Positions 23,123 to 32,000 of a stretch of 32,000 bases of DNA are shown piece by piece (the stretch's first letter is position 1; each line of letters opens with the position of its first letter). The notes under the pieces are model-generated. The model was not told the DNA's origin and did no database searches. It saw nothing but the letters and a program-made list of their open reading frames with translations. This DNA comes from Marinomonas mediterranea MMB-1 (lineage in GTDB: Bacteria; Pseudomonadota; Gammaproteobacteria; Pseudomonadales; Marinomonadaceae): contig NC_015276.1 in NCBI RefSeq assembly GCF_000192865.1, positions 1,994,364 through 2,026,363 on the forward strand. The letters are read 5' to 3'. The translations under genes were made by a program, and so were the position numbers.

Positions 23123-23637
23123 GCTTAGACCTTGCGCAGTTACGTGACCTTGTGGTCGTTCCAACGCTTTCAAACCTAGGAATGTACAGCCTAGCAGCGG
23201 AGCAGCTTGTAATGGGGACGATTGCTCAAGAGTCGCGTGGAACGTACTTAAAGCAACTCGGAAAAGGCCCCGCACTGGGTTTGATCCAGATGGAACCCGC
23301 CACACACGCCGATATTTGGCGTAATTTCGTACGTTATACAAAGCGATTAACGGTAGATCTACGAGCATTGCTCTCAGCAGAAGCCGACGATGTGTTTGAA
23401 GTGTGTGGTGTTCCTGATGACACAGAGTTAATTACCAACCTCAAGTATGCGGTCGCAATGTGCCGTGTTCATTACTGGCGTAAACCTCAAACATTGCCAG
23501 AAGCCAATAATATCAAGGCTTTAGGTGAATACTGGAAAGATCATTACAACACGTTTAAAGGCGCGGGGACTGTTGACGAGTTCATTAACCACTTCCCGTA
23601 TGAGTTATATGGAATCGATAAGGAGCAATACGTATGA
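23119..23637 (+). CDS. Endolysin, lytic transglycosylase (SLT-like)
   Basis: GTIAQESRGTYLKQLGKGPALGLIQMEPATH fits an SLT catalytic E-S motif region. Positioned after the holin. Confidence 0.7.
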   Translation: MSLDLAQLRDLVVVPTLSNLGMYSLAAEQLVMGTIAQESRGTYLKQLGKGPALGLIQMEPATHADIWRNFVRYTKRLTVDLRALLSAEADDVFEVCGVPDDTELITNLKYAVAMCRVHYWRKPQTLPEANNIKALGEYWKDHYNTFKGAGTVDEFINHFPYELYGIDKEQYV

Positions 23638-23801
23638 GCACAATTTTATTAGCTATTTTGAAGACATTACTCACTAAATTGGTTACGGAAAAGGTGTTAA
23701 TTTCCGTATTTCTACATGTGGCCGAATTCCTGACAAAAAAGACCACGAATACTCTCGACGATAAGCTAGTCGAGGAAGTAAAAAAGGCATTGAATGCATA
23801 G
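23634..23801 (+). CDS. Small lysis-cassette protein (55 aa; not in the ORF track), possible lysis accessory/spanin-like
   Basis: My own translation from the ATG at 23634 (ATGA overlap with the endolysin stop) gives MSTILLAILKTLLTKLVTEKVLISVFLHVAEFLTKKTTNTLDDKLVEEVKKALNA. The N-terminus is hydrophobic. The call rests on position only. Confidence 0.3.
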   Translation: MSTILLAILKTLLTKLVTEKVLISVFLHVAEFLTKKTTNTLDDKLVEEVKKALNA

Positions 23802-23982
23802 TTTTGGTGCATTTTTGCTCCAAAAAGGTCTGGGACCCTGGCGTTCTGGAATGTACGCGAGGCGGCAGCCGTCCCTGCGTTCTTTGCGTATTTTTCGCAA
23901 AAAAAGGGATCGTCAGCACTACCTTTCTTAACTATCTGAATTAAAAGACTTTCATACTGACGGTGCTGCCTAAAAATCTACT

Positions 23983-24462
23983 ATGAGTTCTAAATATGTT
24001 TTTAATATTACTGAGCTTGCAGAAGCGTTTAGTTTGCATCGTGACACGGTAAGGAAACGATTGAGGAAAGCTGAGGTATCTGCTCATACAGTGAAGGGAA
24101 ATACTGCTTACTATCATATGAATGTGGCAGCTCCGGCCATCATTTCTGAACTGATCGTAAATGAAAGTGTTATTAATCCCGATACGATGACACCGGGCGA
24201 ACGGAAAGCTTGGTTTGACTCTGAAAATGCCAGAGTCAATTTTGAGATAAATTGTGGTGAGTTGGTTCCTGCAGATGAAGTGGCGAGAGGGTACGCCGAG
24301 TTTGCAAAAGCAATTGTAAACCCACTGGACAGCCTACCTGATTTATTGGAACGAAAAGCGGGTCTCAATGCGGATCAAGCTGAGATTGTTCAAAAGCAAG
24401 TCGATAGCATTAGAGAAAATATGTATCTGTCTGTGGTTAATAACGGTGGTGATCTCGAATAG
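23983..24462 (+). CDS. Terminase small subunit (Nu1-like, N-terminal HTH)
   Basis: ITELAEAFSLHRDTVRKRLRKA is an HTH. It lies immediately upstream of the GpA-type large terminase and overlaps it. Confidence 0.7.
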   Translation: MSSKYVFNITELAEAFSLHRDTVRKRLRKAEVSAHTVKGNTAYYHMNVAAPAIISELIVNESVINPDTMTPGERKAWFDSENARVNFEINCGELVPADEVARGYAEFAKAIVNPLDSLPDLLERKAGLNADQAEIVQKQVDSIRENMYLSVVNNGGDLE

Positions 24463-26513
24463 TGTATGCATCCGCAAATAGTTTAAAACGAGACACGGCG
24501 CTTTTAATTAAACCACCGACTAGGTTAGCAGTATCGGAAGCCGTCGCTCAGTACGTCAAGACAAAAACGCCATCAGGGAATTGGGATTACTGGGACATTG
24601 AAACCGCGCCCTATATGGTCGAGCCCATGGATATTATCTCTTCTCGGAAAAAGAAGGGGCTGATATTTGTAGGTCCAGCCCGATCAGGTAAAACCCAAGC
24701 ACTTATCGATGGTGGTGTAGGTTATGGGGTGGCTGTTGACCCTAGCGACATGTTGGTCGCTCAGATGTCGCAAGTCAAAGCGGCAGAGTTTGGTAAGAAG
24801 CGAATTACTCCCATGTTGGAGAATTCCCCAATACTCGCCGACTGTCTAAGCCCTCGCACTCACGACAATAACGTGACAGAAAAGATTTTTAAGGCGGGTA
24901 ATTATCTTCGTATTGGTCATCCTTCGAAAACCATTCTAGCGTCGTCTGATTATCGTTTTGTTTTCTTAACAGATTACGATCGATGGCCGCTTGATGTAGG
25001 CGGTGAAGGTTCTGGTTGGGGCTTGGCGTTTAAACGTATCCAAACGTATCAGAGTTTGGGAATGGCTGTGTGTGAAAGCAGCCCCGGTTATGAGGTGATG
25101 CCAGATGGAGATAAGAACCTTCAACATCACGAAGCGCCAGCCTCACTCGGGATTTTGTCTCTATACAATACGGGTGACAGAAGGCAGCTCTATTGGGCTT
25201 GCCTTGATTGTGGTGAATTTTTTCCTGCAAAGTTTGAGTATCTAAGGTTTGATGAAAATGAAACCAATATTCGAAAGGCGGCAAGAAACGTAACGGCGTT
25301 TTGTCCGCATTGTGGCTCCAATGATATTAAGCCTCAACACAAGTTTGAACTGATACAAAAGGCGCGTTGGGTTCCTGGTGGTTGTGAGATTTCGCGCGAT
25401 GGTGAGATCACCGGTGAAATGATCGATTCGCCTTTAGCGTCTTTCTGGATGGAAGGGCCAGCGGCAAACTTTCAGACGTGGGAAGAGTTGGTTTATCTCC
25501 ATCTATCCGCAAAAAGAGACTATGACAAAACGGGCAGTGAAAAGCAGTTAAGAACCACGGTCAATGTGGATCAGGGTAGGCCATATACACCGATGAGCCT
25601 TCAGGCGAAAGGTAAAGCTGAAGAACTGAAAGAACGCGTTGTCCCCCTTGAGCAATTGTTAGTTCCTAAATGGGTTCGCTTCTTAACGGCGCAGATAGAC
25701 GTGCAAAACGGTAAGAAGAGTCGTTTCTCTGTGATGGTCTTAGGTTGGGGGGAAGGCCTGCAACACACGGTTATTGATCGATTTGAAATCGTGAAAAGTA
25801 ATCGTGTTGAAGACGGTCAAGAAAAGCGCGTTGACCCTGCAAAATATTCGGAAGATTGGGATCTGATTACGGATCGCGTAATTAACCAGTCTTATCAGAT
25901 TGAAGACCATCCTGACTTGCGAATGCCTATAACTATTACGCTTTGTGATAGTGGTGGTGAAGATGGTGTAACGGATAATGCCTACGAGTACTATCGCCGC
26001 CTAAAAAAGCTAAAAATGCATGAAAAGTTTTGGTTACTAAAAGGTGACGGTAAGAAGCTTGAGTCTGATTATATTCGAGTGAGTTACCCGGATAACTCAA
26101 AGAAGAAGCATAGAAAAGCCAGAGCACGGGGTGATATCCCCTTGCTTCTACTAAATTCCAACCGCTTTAAAGATATCGTCAATAACTCCTCAATAGGTCG
26201 AGATGAGCCGGGCGCGAAATACTGTTATTTCCCCGACTGGTTGCCTGAGAGCTTTTATGACGAGCTGACATATGAAATCCGCGGTGTAGATGGCCGCTGG
26301 ACCAAACCTGGCAAGAAGGCGAACGAAGCATTTGACCAATTCTATTATGGATGGGCGGCTATTTATCAGTTGAGAGCACATACCGTTGACTGGGAATTAC
26401 CACCTGTTTACGCAAAACCTATAGAAGAAAATCCTTTCATAATACGGCCCAATCAGCTTGAAAAAGCGCATAAAACCAAGCGAGAGCGCAGAAGTAGGAT
26501 TCAGATAGCATGA
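24462..26513 (+). CDS. Terminase large subunit, lambda GpA family
   Basis: 683 aa with a Walker A motif (VGPARSGKT). A zinc-ribbon-like CLDCG..CPHCG is present. Size and layout are typical of GpA. GTG start at 24462. Confidence 0.9.
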   Translation: MYASANSLKRDTALLIKPPTRLAVSEAVAQYVKTKTPSGNWDYWDIETAPYMVEPMDIISSRKKKGLIFVGPARSGKTQALIDGGVGYGVAVDPSDMLVAQMSQVKAAEFGKKRITPMLENSPILADCLSPRTHDNNVTEKIFKAGNYLRIGHPSKTILASSDYRFVFLTDYDRWPLDVGGEGSGWGLAFKRIQTYQSLGMAVCESSPGYEVMPDGDKNLQHHEAPASLGILSLYNTGDRRQLYWACLDCGEFFPAKFEYLRFDENETNIRKAARNVTAFCPHCGSNDIKPQHKFELIQKARWVPGGCEISRDGEITGEMIDSPLASFWMEGPAANFQTWEELVYLHLSAKRDYDKTGSEKQLRTTVNVDQGRPYTPMSLQAKGKAEELKERVVPLEQLLVPKWVRFLTAQIDVQNGKKSRFSVMVLGWGEGLQHTVIDRFEIVKSNRVEDGQEKRVDPAKYSEDWDLITDRVINQSYQIEDHPDLRMPITITLCDSGGEDGVTDNAYEYYRRLKKLKMHEKFWLLKGDGKKLESDYIRVSYPDNSKKKHRKARARGDIPLLLLNSNRFKDIVNNSSIGRDEPGAKYCYFPDWLPESFYDELTYEIRGVDGRWTKPGKKANEAFDQFYYGWAAIYQLRAHTVDWELPPVYAKPIEENPFIIRPNQLEKAHKTKRERRSRIQIA

Positions 26514-26710
26514 CAACAAAAATAGATGAGCAATTGACAGATGTTGACGAGGTTATCAGTGGTGGCGAAAAGCGGGTTCGTAAGGGTGACCGAGAAATTG
26601 AATACCGCAGCATTGACGAGTTAGAAAGGATTGAGAAACGCCTCCAGCGTAAGAAACGGCGTTCACGTCCACTTCATGCTGTTACCACGTCTGTAAACAG
26701 AGGTTTCTAG
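26510..26710 (+). CDS. Head-tail joining protein, lambda gpW-like
   Basis: 66 aa between the terminase and portal genes. The pattern ..GEKRVRKGDREIEYRSIDELERIEKRL.. resembles gpW. Confidence 0.6.
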   Translation: MTTKIDEQLTDVDEVISGGEKRVRKGDREIEYRSIDELERIEKRLQRKKRRSRPLHAVTTSVNRGF

Positions 26711-28209
26711 TGATTGTTGACCATCGAGGAAATCCGCTATCCAGTGTCGCAAATCTATCCTATGAAGGGGCGACTCGCGGTAAGCGCGCGGCCAGTCTGC
26801 ATTCTCCAAGATTAGGGCCCAATAAAACGGTTGCGCCTGATCAAGGTTCATTACGCGATCGCACATTGGCAGGTCATAGAAACATGCCTTTGGTGTTCAG
26901 CGGCATTGAAAAGAATGTTGTCAATGAAGTGGGTTCAGGCGTGGCGATTCGCGCCAAAACAAGTGATGAGCAATTTAATATTGCGGCGAATGAGCTATGG
27001 CAACAGAGAGTTCAATACTCTGATCCTGAGCTTGTAATTAACTGGCACGGTCAGTTAACACAGGCTGTTAGAGCGAGAAGAACTCAGGGAGAGGTTTTCA
27101 TCCGTAAACGCTATCGCTCGCTTAGCGATGGACTTCCGGCTCCGTATCAAAATCAAATCTTAGAATCCTGTTTTTGTCCAATAGAGCTAAATCAAGATCT
27201 TAGAAATGGACGGAAGATTCGTGAAGGCATTGAGTTCGATAGAAAGGGAAGGCGATTAGCCTATTACTTTTACCGAGAACATCCACATGATGGCGAGTTC
27301 AGCATAAACCTTTCTGACTATGTTCGTGTAAGAGCAAAGGACGTTATTCATCATTACTTACCAACGCGACCAGGACAAAGGCGCGGTACACCAGATGGAA
27401 CTTCTGGGTTGATTAAGGCAATCACCTTTAACTCTTACGATGATGCAGAGCTAGTACGAAAAGAGCAGAGAGCGCCTTATACGGGATTTATGAAGCGTGC
27501 CGTTGATTACTCTCATTATGAAGAAGATAAGCATTGGCAGTTTGACCCGATAACCGGCGAAGAAATCCACCCAGATTCTACGAATGAAATACCGAACGTC
27601 AGTGTTCAGGCGGGAACGGTCTTAAATGGTTTCCCCGGAGACGATCTGACCCTTTTCAATGGTGATGATGCGGGGCAAGGTTACTCTGATTACATGCGTT
27701 GGCAGTGCATTAGCTTGGCGCTGTCTTATAACCAACCTTATGAGCTTTTAACAGGTGACTGGTCACAAGTGAACGATCGTCTGGTTCGAATCATCATGCA
27801 GCAATATTACCGACAGATTGAAGCGATTCAAGATCAGTTGTTGGTTTATCAGATTTGTATGAAGGACTGGAAGTGGTTTATCGAAGCCTGCGTCTTTTCT
27901 GGAAAGCTGGATGCACCCTTTTACTCAGCAAGCCCCGAACAATATTTCAAGGCAGATTACAGACCACAAGGGTGGGATTACATCCACCCAGAGCAAGATG
28001 TAAATGCGAAGATCAAAGCGCAAAAGCATGATCTAACATCAACCGATCTGGAAGTGGCTCGCAAAGGGCAAGACCCGGAAGAAATTGAAACAACCAATCT
28101 GAAAAAGCTCCTGCGAAAAGTTCAGAAAGCCAAGGAGCTTGGTATTACCGAAGACGATTTAGGCTTTTTGCAGAAAGTCGAAAACTACCTCACAAACCCC
28201 GCATCTTAG
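26710..28209 (+). CDS. Portal protein, lambda gpB family
   Basis: 499 aa positioned after gpW. GTG start overlaps the preceding stop. Size and position are typical for a lambda-family portal. Confidence 0.85.
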   Translation: MIVDHRGNPLSSVANLSYEGATRGKRAASLHSPRLGPNKTVAPDQGSLRDRTLAGHRNMPLVFSGIEKNVVNEVGSGVAIRAKTSDEQFNIAANELWQQRVQYSDPELVINWHGQLTQAVRARRTQGEVFIRKRYRSLSDGLPAPYQNQILESCFCPIELNQDLRNGRKIREGIEFDRKGRRLAYYFYREHPHDGEFSINLSDYVRVRAKDVIHHYLPTRPGQRRGTPDGTSGLIKAITFNSYDDAELVRKEQRAPYTGFMKRAVDYSHYEEDKHWQFDPITGEEIHPDSTNEIPNVSVQAGTVLNGFPGDDLTLFNGDDAGQGYSDYMRWQCISLALSYNQPYELLTGDWSQVNDRLVRIIMQQYYRQIEAIQDQLLVYQICMKDWKWFIEACVFSGKLDAPFYSASPEQYFKADYRPQGWDYIHPEQDVNAKIKAQKHDLTSTDLEVARKGQDPEEIETTNLKKLLRKVQKAKELGITEDDLGFLQKVENYLTNPAS

Positions 28210-28216
28210 CGGGGTT
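28195..28216 (+). terminator. Hairpin overlapping the portal stop codon (possible attenuator or weak terminator)
   Basis: AACCCCGC-atctta-GCGGGGTT followed by TCTTATTT. The U-tract is weak. Confidence 0.3.
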
Positions 28217-28237
28217 TCTTATTTATAGGGTTCAATA

Positions 28238-29266
28238 ATGAAATGGTATGAAATCCTCAACTTAACAGGCGGGGCAGGCGATAAACCTCGCTCAGTGACC
28301 ATTAATATTCATGGCACCGTAGGCGGGAGTTTTTTTGATCCCGATGCCGTGGCCGCAAGTGAGTTTATTCAAGCGGTTCAAAGCATGGGTGACTTGGATG
28401 AAATTCGTGTTTCTCTCGCCACACCGGGCGGCAACTTCTTCGACGGCCTTGCTATTGCGAACTTTCTAAAAGGGCATAAAGCCGAAGTAATTATTGAGAT
28501 CCTTAGTGAAGCGTCCAGCGCGGGTTCTGCTATTGCGATGGGTGCTTCTGCTGGAAAGCTTAGAGCTTACCCAGCTTCATTTATGATGATTCACAACCCC
28601 CTAACGGGAATGCAGGGCAACGCGAACGACTTCCGTGCGATGGCTGATAAGCTGGATATTCTGAAATCTGGTTTGTTACGGCTCTATGCAGAAAGAACAG
28701 GTATTGAAGGCGCCACATTGTGGGAAATGCTTGATCAAGAAACGTTGATGACAGCGGAAGAAGCGGTTTTGAAAGGCTTTGTTGATGAAATTATTGTAAC
28801 AGAAGCGCCTGTTCTCAATTGCAATCTAGCAAGTCGTGAACAAGTTAAATCAGAAGTACTTAATAGCCTTAAGGGCGCTGTGAGCGCACAAAACTCTCCA
28901 CCAGTGAATGGAAGTGATAATGATGCGGTTCAAATCATCAAAATGTGTCACGACAAGAATCTATCTTTCCTCGCGTCTGATTTTGTGACTCAGAATCTTT
29001 CAATCACAGATGTACAGAGTCGTCTTACGACAGCGAATGATATTCAAAATATCTGTGCAACTGCTGGCCTAAATACTGTGACTCAAAACCTCATACAGAA
29101 CATGAATAATCCGGCGGAGTTGCTGCGTATCGCCGTATCTGAAACCAAGGCGGAAATGGATGAAGACATTGATTCAGGTGGCCCTAAAGACTTAACGCAA
29201 AACAAGCAAAACAATGAAAACATCAAAAACTCATGGTCTCGTGCCATTTCCGCAGTGAAGCGCTAA
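28238..29266 (+). CDS. Prohead serine protease / scaffold (ClpP-S49 type, lambda gpC-like)
   Basis: TPGGNFFDGLAIANFL, SEASSAGSAIAMG and MMIHNP are present. Positioned after the portal. Confidence 0.85.
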   Translation: MKWYEILNLTGGAGDKPRSVTINIHGTVGGSFFDPDAVAASEFIQAVQSMGDLDEIRVSLATPGGNFFDGLAIANFLKGHKAEVIIEILSEASSAGSAIAMGASAGKLRAYPASFMMIHNPLTGMQGNANDFRAMADKLDILKSGLLRLYAERTGIEGATLWEMLDQETLMTAEEAVLKGFVDEIIVTEAPVLNCNLASREQVKSEVLNSLKGAVSAQNSPPVNGSDNDAVQIIKMCHDKNLSFLASDFVTQNLSITDVQSRLTTANDIQNICATAGLNTVTQNLIQNMNNPAELLRIAVSETKAEMDEDIDSGGPKDLTQNKQNNENIKNSWSRAISAVKR

Positions 29267-29299
29267 GCCACTGCAAACGTTTATTAAAGAGGGTTAACA

Positions 29300-29662
29300 A
29301 TGGTTACCAAAACGAAAGCGCCTGGCGCGGGGCAATATATTGTCGAAGAAGTCGGCCAATATTTAAGTCGTGATAAGAAAGTCATTACAGCGGGTAAATA
29401 CAGTGCTTGTACGGTCATGGGGAAAGTGTCTGCTTCTTCTAAGTTTAAACAGCTAGATCCAACCGTGACGGACGGCGCCGAAAATGCATCTGCCATCTTG
29501 TTTGACGCTGTGGATGCATCTTCTGGAGATGTTGAAGGTGTGCTTTCCACTGCATTAACTGCCGCTCGAGCTTCAGACCTCGTTTGGCCTGAAGGTATTT
29601 CAGACGCCCAAAAAACCGCTGCCATTGCAAAATTGGCAGTGAATGGCATCAAAGTAGTTTAA
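29300..29662 (+). CDS. Head decoration protein, lambda gpD-like
   Basis: The C-terminus ..LVWPEGISDAQKTAAIAKLAVNGIKVV parallels lambda gpD (..[25 protein letters not shown]). Positioned before the major capsid gene. Confidence 0.75.
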   Translation: MVTKTKAPGAGQYIVEEVGQYLSRDKKVITAGKYSACTVMGKVSASSKFKQLDPTVTDGAENASAILFDAVDASSGDVEGVLSTALTAARASDLVWPEGISDAQKTAAIAKLAVNGIKVV

Positions 29663-29671
29663 GGAGCTAAC

Positions 29672-30691
29672 ATGGCTGAACTAGTCGATATTTTTAACGA
29701 TGATGCATTCTCTGTCGCTTCCATGACAGAAGCGATCAACGAAGTAGAAGTCGCTCCAGATTATTTGGGGCAGTTAGGTATTTTCCGTCGAAATCCAGTG
29801 CGTAGTGATGTGATCGCGATTGAGACAAAGAGTGAATCTCTCTCTGTTGTACCTGTCTCATTGCGCGGAGAACCTCTTCCGCAAAAAGAGAAGGGTGACC
29901 GTAAAATCAGAAATTTGAATGCGGTCCGTGTTGCTCAAGCCGATAAAATCACGGCATCGGAATTGGCTTTCGTTAGAGCATTAGGTCTAACGGATGCAAT
30001 TACCGAAGTTCAATTAGAATTTGCTCGCCGTATGATGAGCGTGAAAGAGGACATCGTCGCAACGCATGAAAATATGCGCTTAGCATCCGTGCAAGGTAAG
30101 TTAGTTGACGCAGATGGGTCCGTTATCTACGACTACTTTAGTGAGTTTGATATCAGTGCAAATACTGAAATTAACTTTGATCTAGCGAATAAGAAAGACG
30201 GCGATCTACGTAAGTTAATTACCGAAAAAGTAATTCGTCAAATGAGACGAAGTGCAAAAGGGGCTCGATACTCTGAAATTCGAGCGATTTGTGGAGACGC
30301 ATTTTGGGATGATTTGATCAGTAACTCTGAAGTACGAGAAACGTACAAAGTTCAACAAGCGGGCCACGAGCTTAGAGCCCCCGGAACAGACTTTGAACTG
30401 GATTTCGCAGGTGTGAAGTGGGTCAACTACGTAGGTACGGACGATAACTCGGAAATCGCTGTTAATGTTGATAAATGTCATATTTTCCCGGCTGGTAAAA
30501 ACGCCAATGTCTTTGAAATGGCTTTAGCACCGGGGGAATCCTTTGCTGATATTGGTAAATTGGGTGAAGAGTTTTATTCACTGCAACTATTGGATGATAA
30601 ACGTCAGCAGTTTGTCGAGCTGGAATGTTATAGCTATCCGCTTTTCTATCCACGCCGCCCCAAGATGTTGTTTAAGGGTAAGAAGGGTTAA
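29672..30691 (+). CDS. Major capsid protein, lambda gpE family
   Basis: 339 aa. The N-terminus LVDIFNDDAFSVASMTEAINEVEVAPDYLG is typical of the gpE family. Positioned after gpD. Confidence 0.88.
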   Translation: MAELVDIFNDDAFSVASMTEAINEVEVAPDYLGQLGIFRRNPVRSDVIAIETKSESLSVVPVSLRGEPLPQKEKGDRKIRNLNAVRVAQADKITASELAFVRALGLTDAITEVQLEFARRMMSVKEDIVATHENMRLASVQGKLVDADGSVIYDYFSEFDISANTEINFDLANKKDGDLRKLITEKVIRQMRRSAKGARYSEIRAICGDAFWDDLISNSEVRETYKVQQAGHELRAPGTDFELDFAGVKWVNYVGTDDNSEIAVNVDKCHIFPAGKNANVFEMALAPGESFADIGKLGEEFYSLQLLDDKRQQFVELECYSYPLFYPRRPKMLFKGKKG

Positions 30692-31056
30692 TGTCTTTCG
30701 ATAAGGCGTTAAACCGCGCAAATAAGCGGGTGTTCCGAAAGGTCGGAACGCCCGTTTTTGTTTATAGCGCAGAGGAAAGCTTCGAGACGTCGGGAATATT
30801 CGATAACCCAGAGCTTCTTGAAAAACTTAACGGGCTCAAAGGGCGACATTCCAATGTCGAATTCAAAACGACTGAGAAGCTGCTTTCAATCCCGTCGCCG
30901 CTGCAAGAAATTGAGGACTGGCATTGCAGAATCGCAAATGAAACCTTCTTTATCGAAAACACTCTGCACGATGGCAGTGGTGAAACACTGTGCATTCTCT
31001 CTACTCAAACACCCGAAAAATTGACTCATACCGAGAATAGCGATTATGGCCTTTGA
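30691..31056 (+). CDS. Head-tail joining protein, lambda gpFII-like
   Basis: The pattern FD..L.RA......G......S......GIFDNPE...SPL.....W.C.I..E.F.IE....DG.GE.L.IL parallels lambda FII. Confidence 0.55.
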   Translation: MSFDKALNRANKRVFRKVGTPVFVYSAEESFETSGIFDNPELLEKLNGLKGRHSNVEFKTTEKLLSIPSPLQEIEDWHCRIANETFFIENTLHDGSGETLCILSTQTPEKLTHTENSDYGL

Positions 31057-31537
31057 TTACTCGTTAGAGTTGGATATGCCTTTAGAGGTTGTGGGCGAGC
31101 TTAAACGAAAGTTAACCAGTGCGATTAGAAAAGCCCTTCGAAGAGCGGTTGCATGGCTTAGAACAGAAAGCCTTAAGCGTTTATCGCAAGAGTTAGGAGT
31201 AAAAAAAACGGCCTTGAAAAACCGCTTTCGGATTCGAGTGTCGAGAAAAGGTCACTCTGCCCGCTTGTGGGTGGGGATTTTGCCCATCTCGGCGGTAAAG
31301 ATCGGCGCAGCTCGTCAACAAGAGGGCGGTGTAAAAGTGCGCGACTACTTCTTTAGAGGCGCATTTTTAGAGACGGTATACGGAGAATTTGCTATTTGGA
31401 AGCGCCTTGGAGCGAGCCGCCACCCTTTGAAGAAACAAACTATCGACTTCTCTAGCGAAGCGGAACGCATTATTCGGCAGCTGGAAGGGCAACTAAATCG
31501 TAAGTTCGCCCAGTGGATACGGGAAGCATTACAGTGA
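31046..31537 (+). CDS. Tail completion protein, lambda gpZ-like
   Basis: Its position after FII matches lambda gene order. ..ALKNRFRIRVS..ARLWVGILPISAVKIG.. resembles the minor tail protein Z family as I recall it. Confidence 0.45.
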   Translation: MAFDYSLELDMPLEVVGELKRKLTSAIRKALRRAVAWLRTESLKRLSQELGVKKTALKNRFRIRVSRKGHSARLWVGILPISAVKIGAARQQEGGVKVRDYFFRGAFLETVYGEFAIWKRLGASRHPLKKQTIDFSSEAERIIRQLEGQLNRKFAQWIREALQ

Positions 31538-32000
31538 AAAGCATACTTGAATACTTCGATGCCTTAAAAGCGGGTTTAAACACATCAGCCTCTAACAAAG
31601 GGGTTCAGATACCGCTGGTAGAATTTGCCACTTCAATTGAATCATGGGATGCGTTGCCAGAGATGGCGATTCTCATAGATTTCCCAGAGTTGAATGAAGC
31701 AACGGGACACAGTGCATCGGGAACAAATCAAGAGAAAGTAGGCGTATACCTGCATTGCATTCTATCCAATAGGGTCGAAGTATCGGAATTAAAAGTCATT
31801 AACCTGGCTAGCTTCGTTAAGCGTTTGCTCGTTAGAAATCGATGGGGGCTTTCGGATATTGGTATCCCTGAGAATATTGTCGCTTATCCGAGTGATTTCA
31901 AACGTGGAGACAAAGGGTTTAACTGTTGGACAGTTGAATTCAGTCAAGTTGTTGAGATGGATGAATCGTTACTAGAAGAAGATCGAGCCTTGAAGTCCAT
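31534..32000 (+). CDS. Phage structural protein, 3' end off-window (gpU-position tail gene)
   Basis: My own translation from the GTG at 31534 (overlapping the upstream stop) is open to the window edge: VKSILEYFDALKAGLNTSASNKGVQIPLVEF... It is not in the ORF track because there is no stop in the window. Confidence 0.4.
   Translation, partial: MKSILEYFDALKAGLNTSASNKGVQIPLVEFATSIESWDALPEMAILIDFPELNEATGHSASGTNQEKVGVYLHCILSNRVEVSELKVINLASFVKRLLVRNRWGLSDIGIPENIVAYPSDFKRGDKGFNCWTVEFSQVVEMDESLLEEDRALKS

Larger units (their letters stand above)
6887..32000 (+). mobile_element. Lambdoid-mosaic prophage at the 5' end of dusA (left part; right end off-window)
   Basis: An integrase is divergent from the dusA start. 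It is followed by a cI/cro/cII switch, a replication module with iterons, a lysis cassette and a lambda-type terminase/portal/protease/D/E/FII/Z order. The exact attL position within or next to dusA is not determinable from this window. Confidence 0.85.

Overview
Positions 1-6886 are ordinary gammaproteobacterial (Vibrio-like) chromosome: mlaA (5' end off-window), a GGDEF/EAL signalling protein, a PQQ-dependent sugar dehydrogenase, talB and dusA. From about 6887 to the window end lies the left ~25 kb of a mosaic lambdoid prophage at the 5' end of dusA, the architecture of dusA-specific-integrase elements. Its right end is off-window. Gene order: int; a minus-strand operon (CsrA homolog, two unknowns, PrtN-like); an HTH-ImmA/IrrE plus DUF4411 pair; cI / cro / cII; DUF2786; an O-like replication gene with internal iterons; three unknowns; a second P4-like tyrosine recombinase; a strongly AT-rich accessory island; a KilA-N antirepressor-like gene; LexA-boxed umuDC; a small zinc-ribbon membrane protein; tandem terminators; a lysis cassette; then a lambda-like packaging/head/early tail module (Nu1-like, GpA, W, portal, protease, D, E, FII, Z, next gene partial). 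The main second-look region is the AT-rich island at 16.7-19.7 kb. It holds orphan membrane proteins, one with a 9-bp in-frame tandem repeat. It also holds two diverged ~205-bp copies of a promoter-leader-structured-RNA module. A 7-nt internal motif and its downstream complement differ between the copies by three compensatory substitutions, which resembles P1/P7 c4-immI antisense immunity control of an antirepressor. All calls rest on reading the sequence and recalled family signatures; no searches were run.
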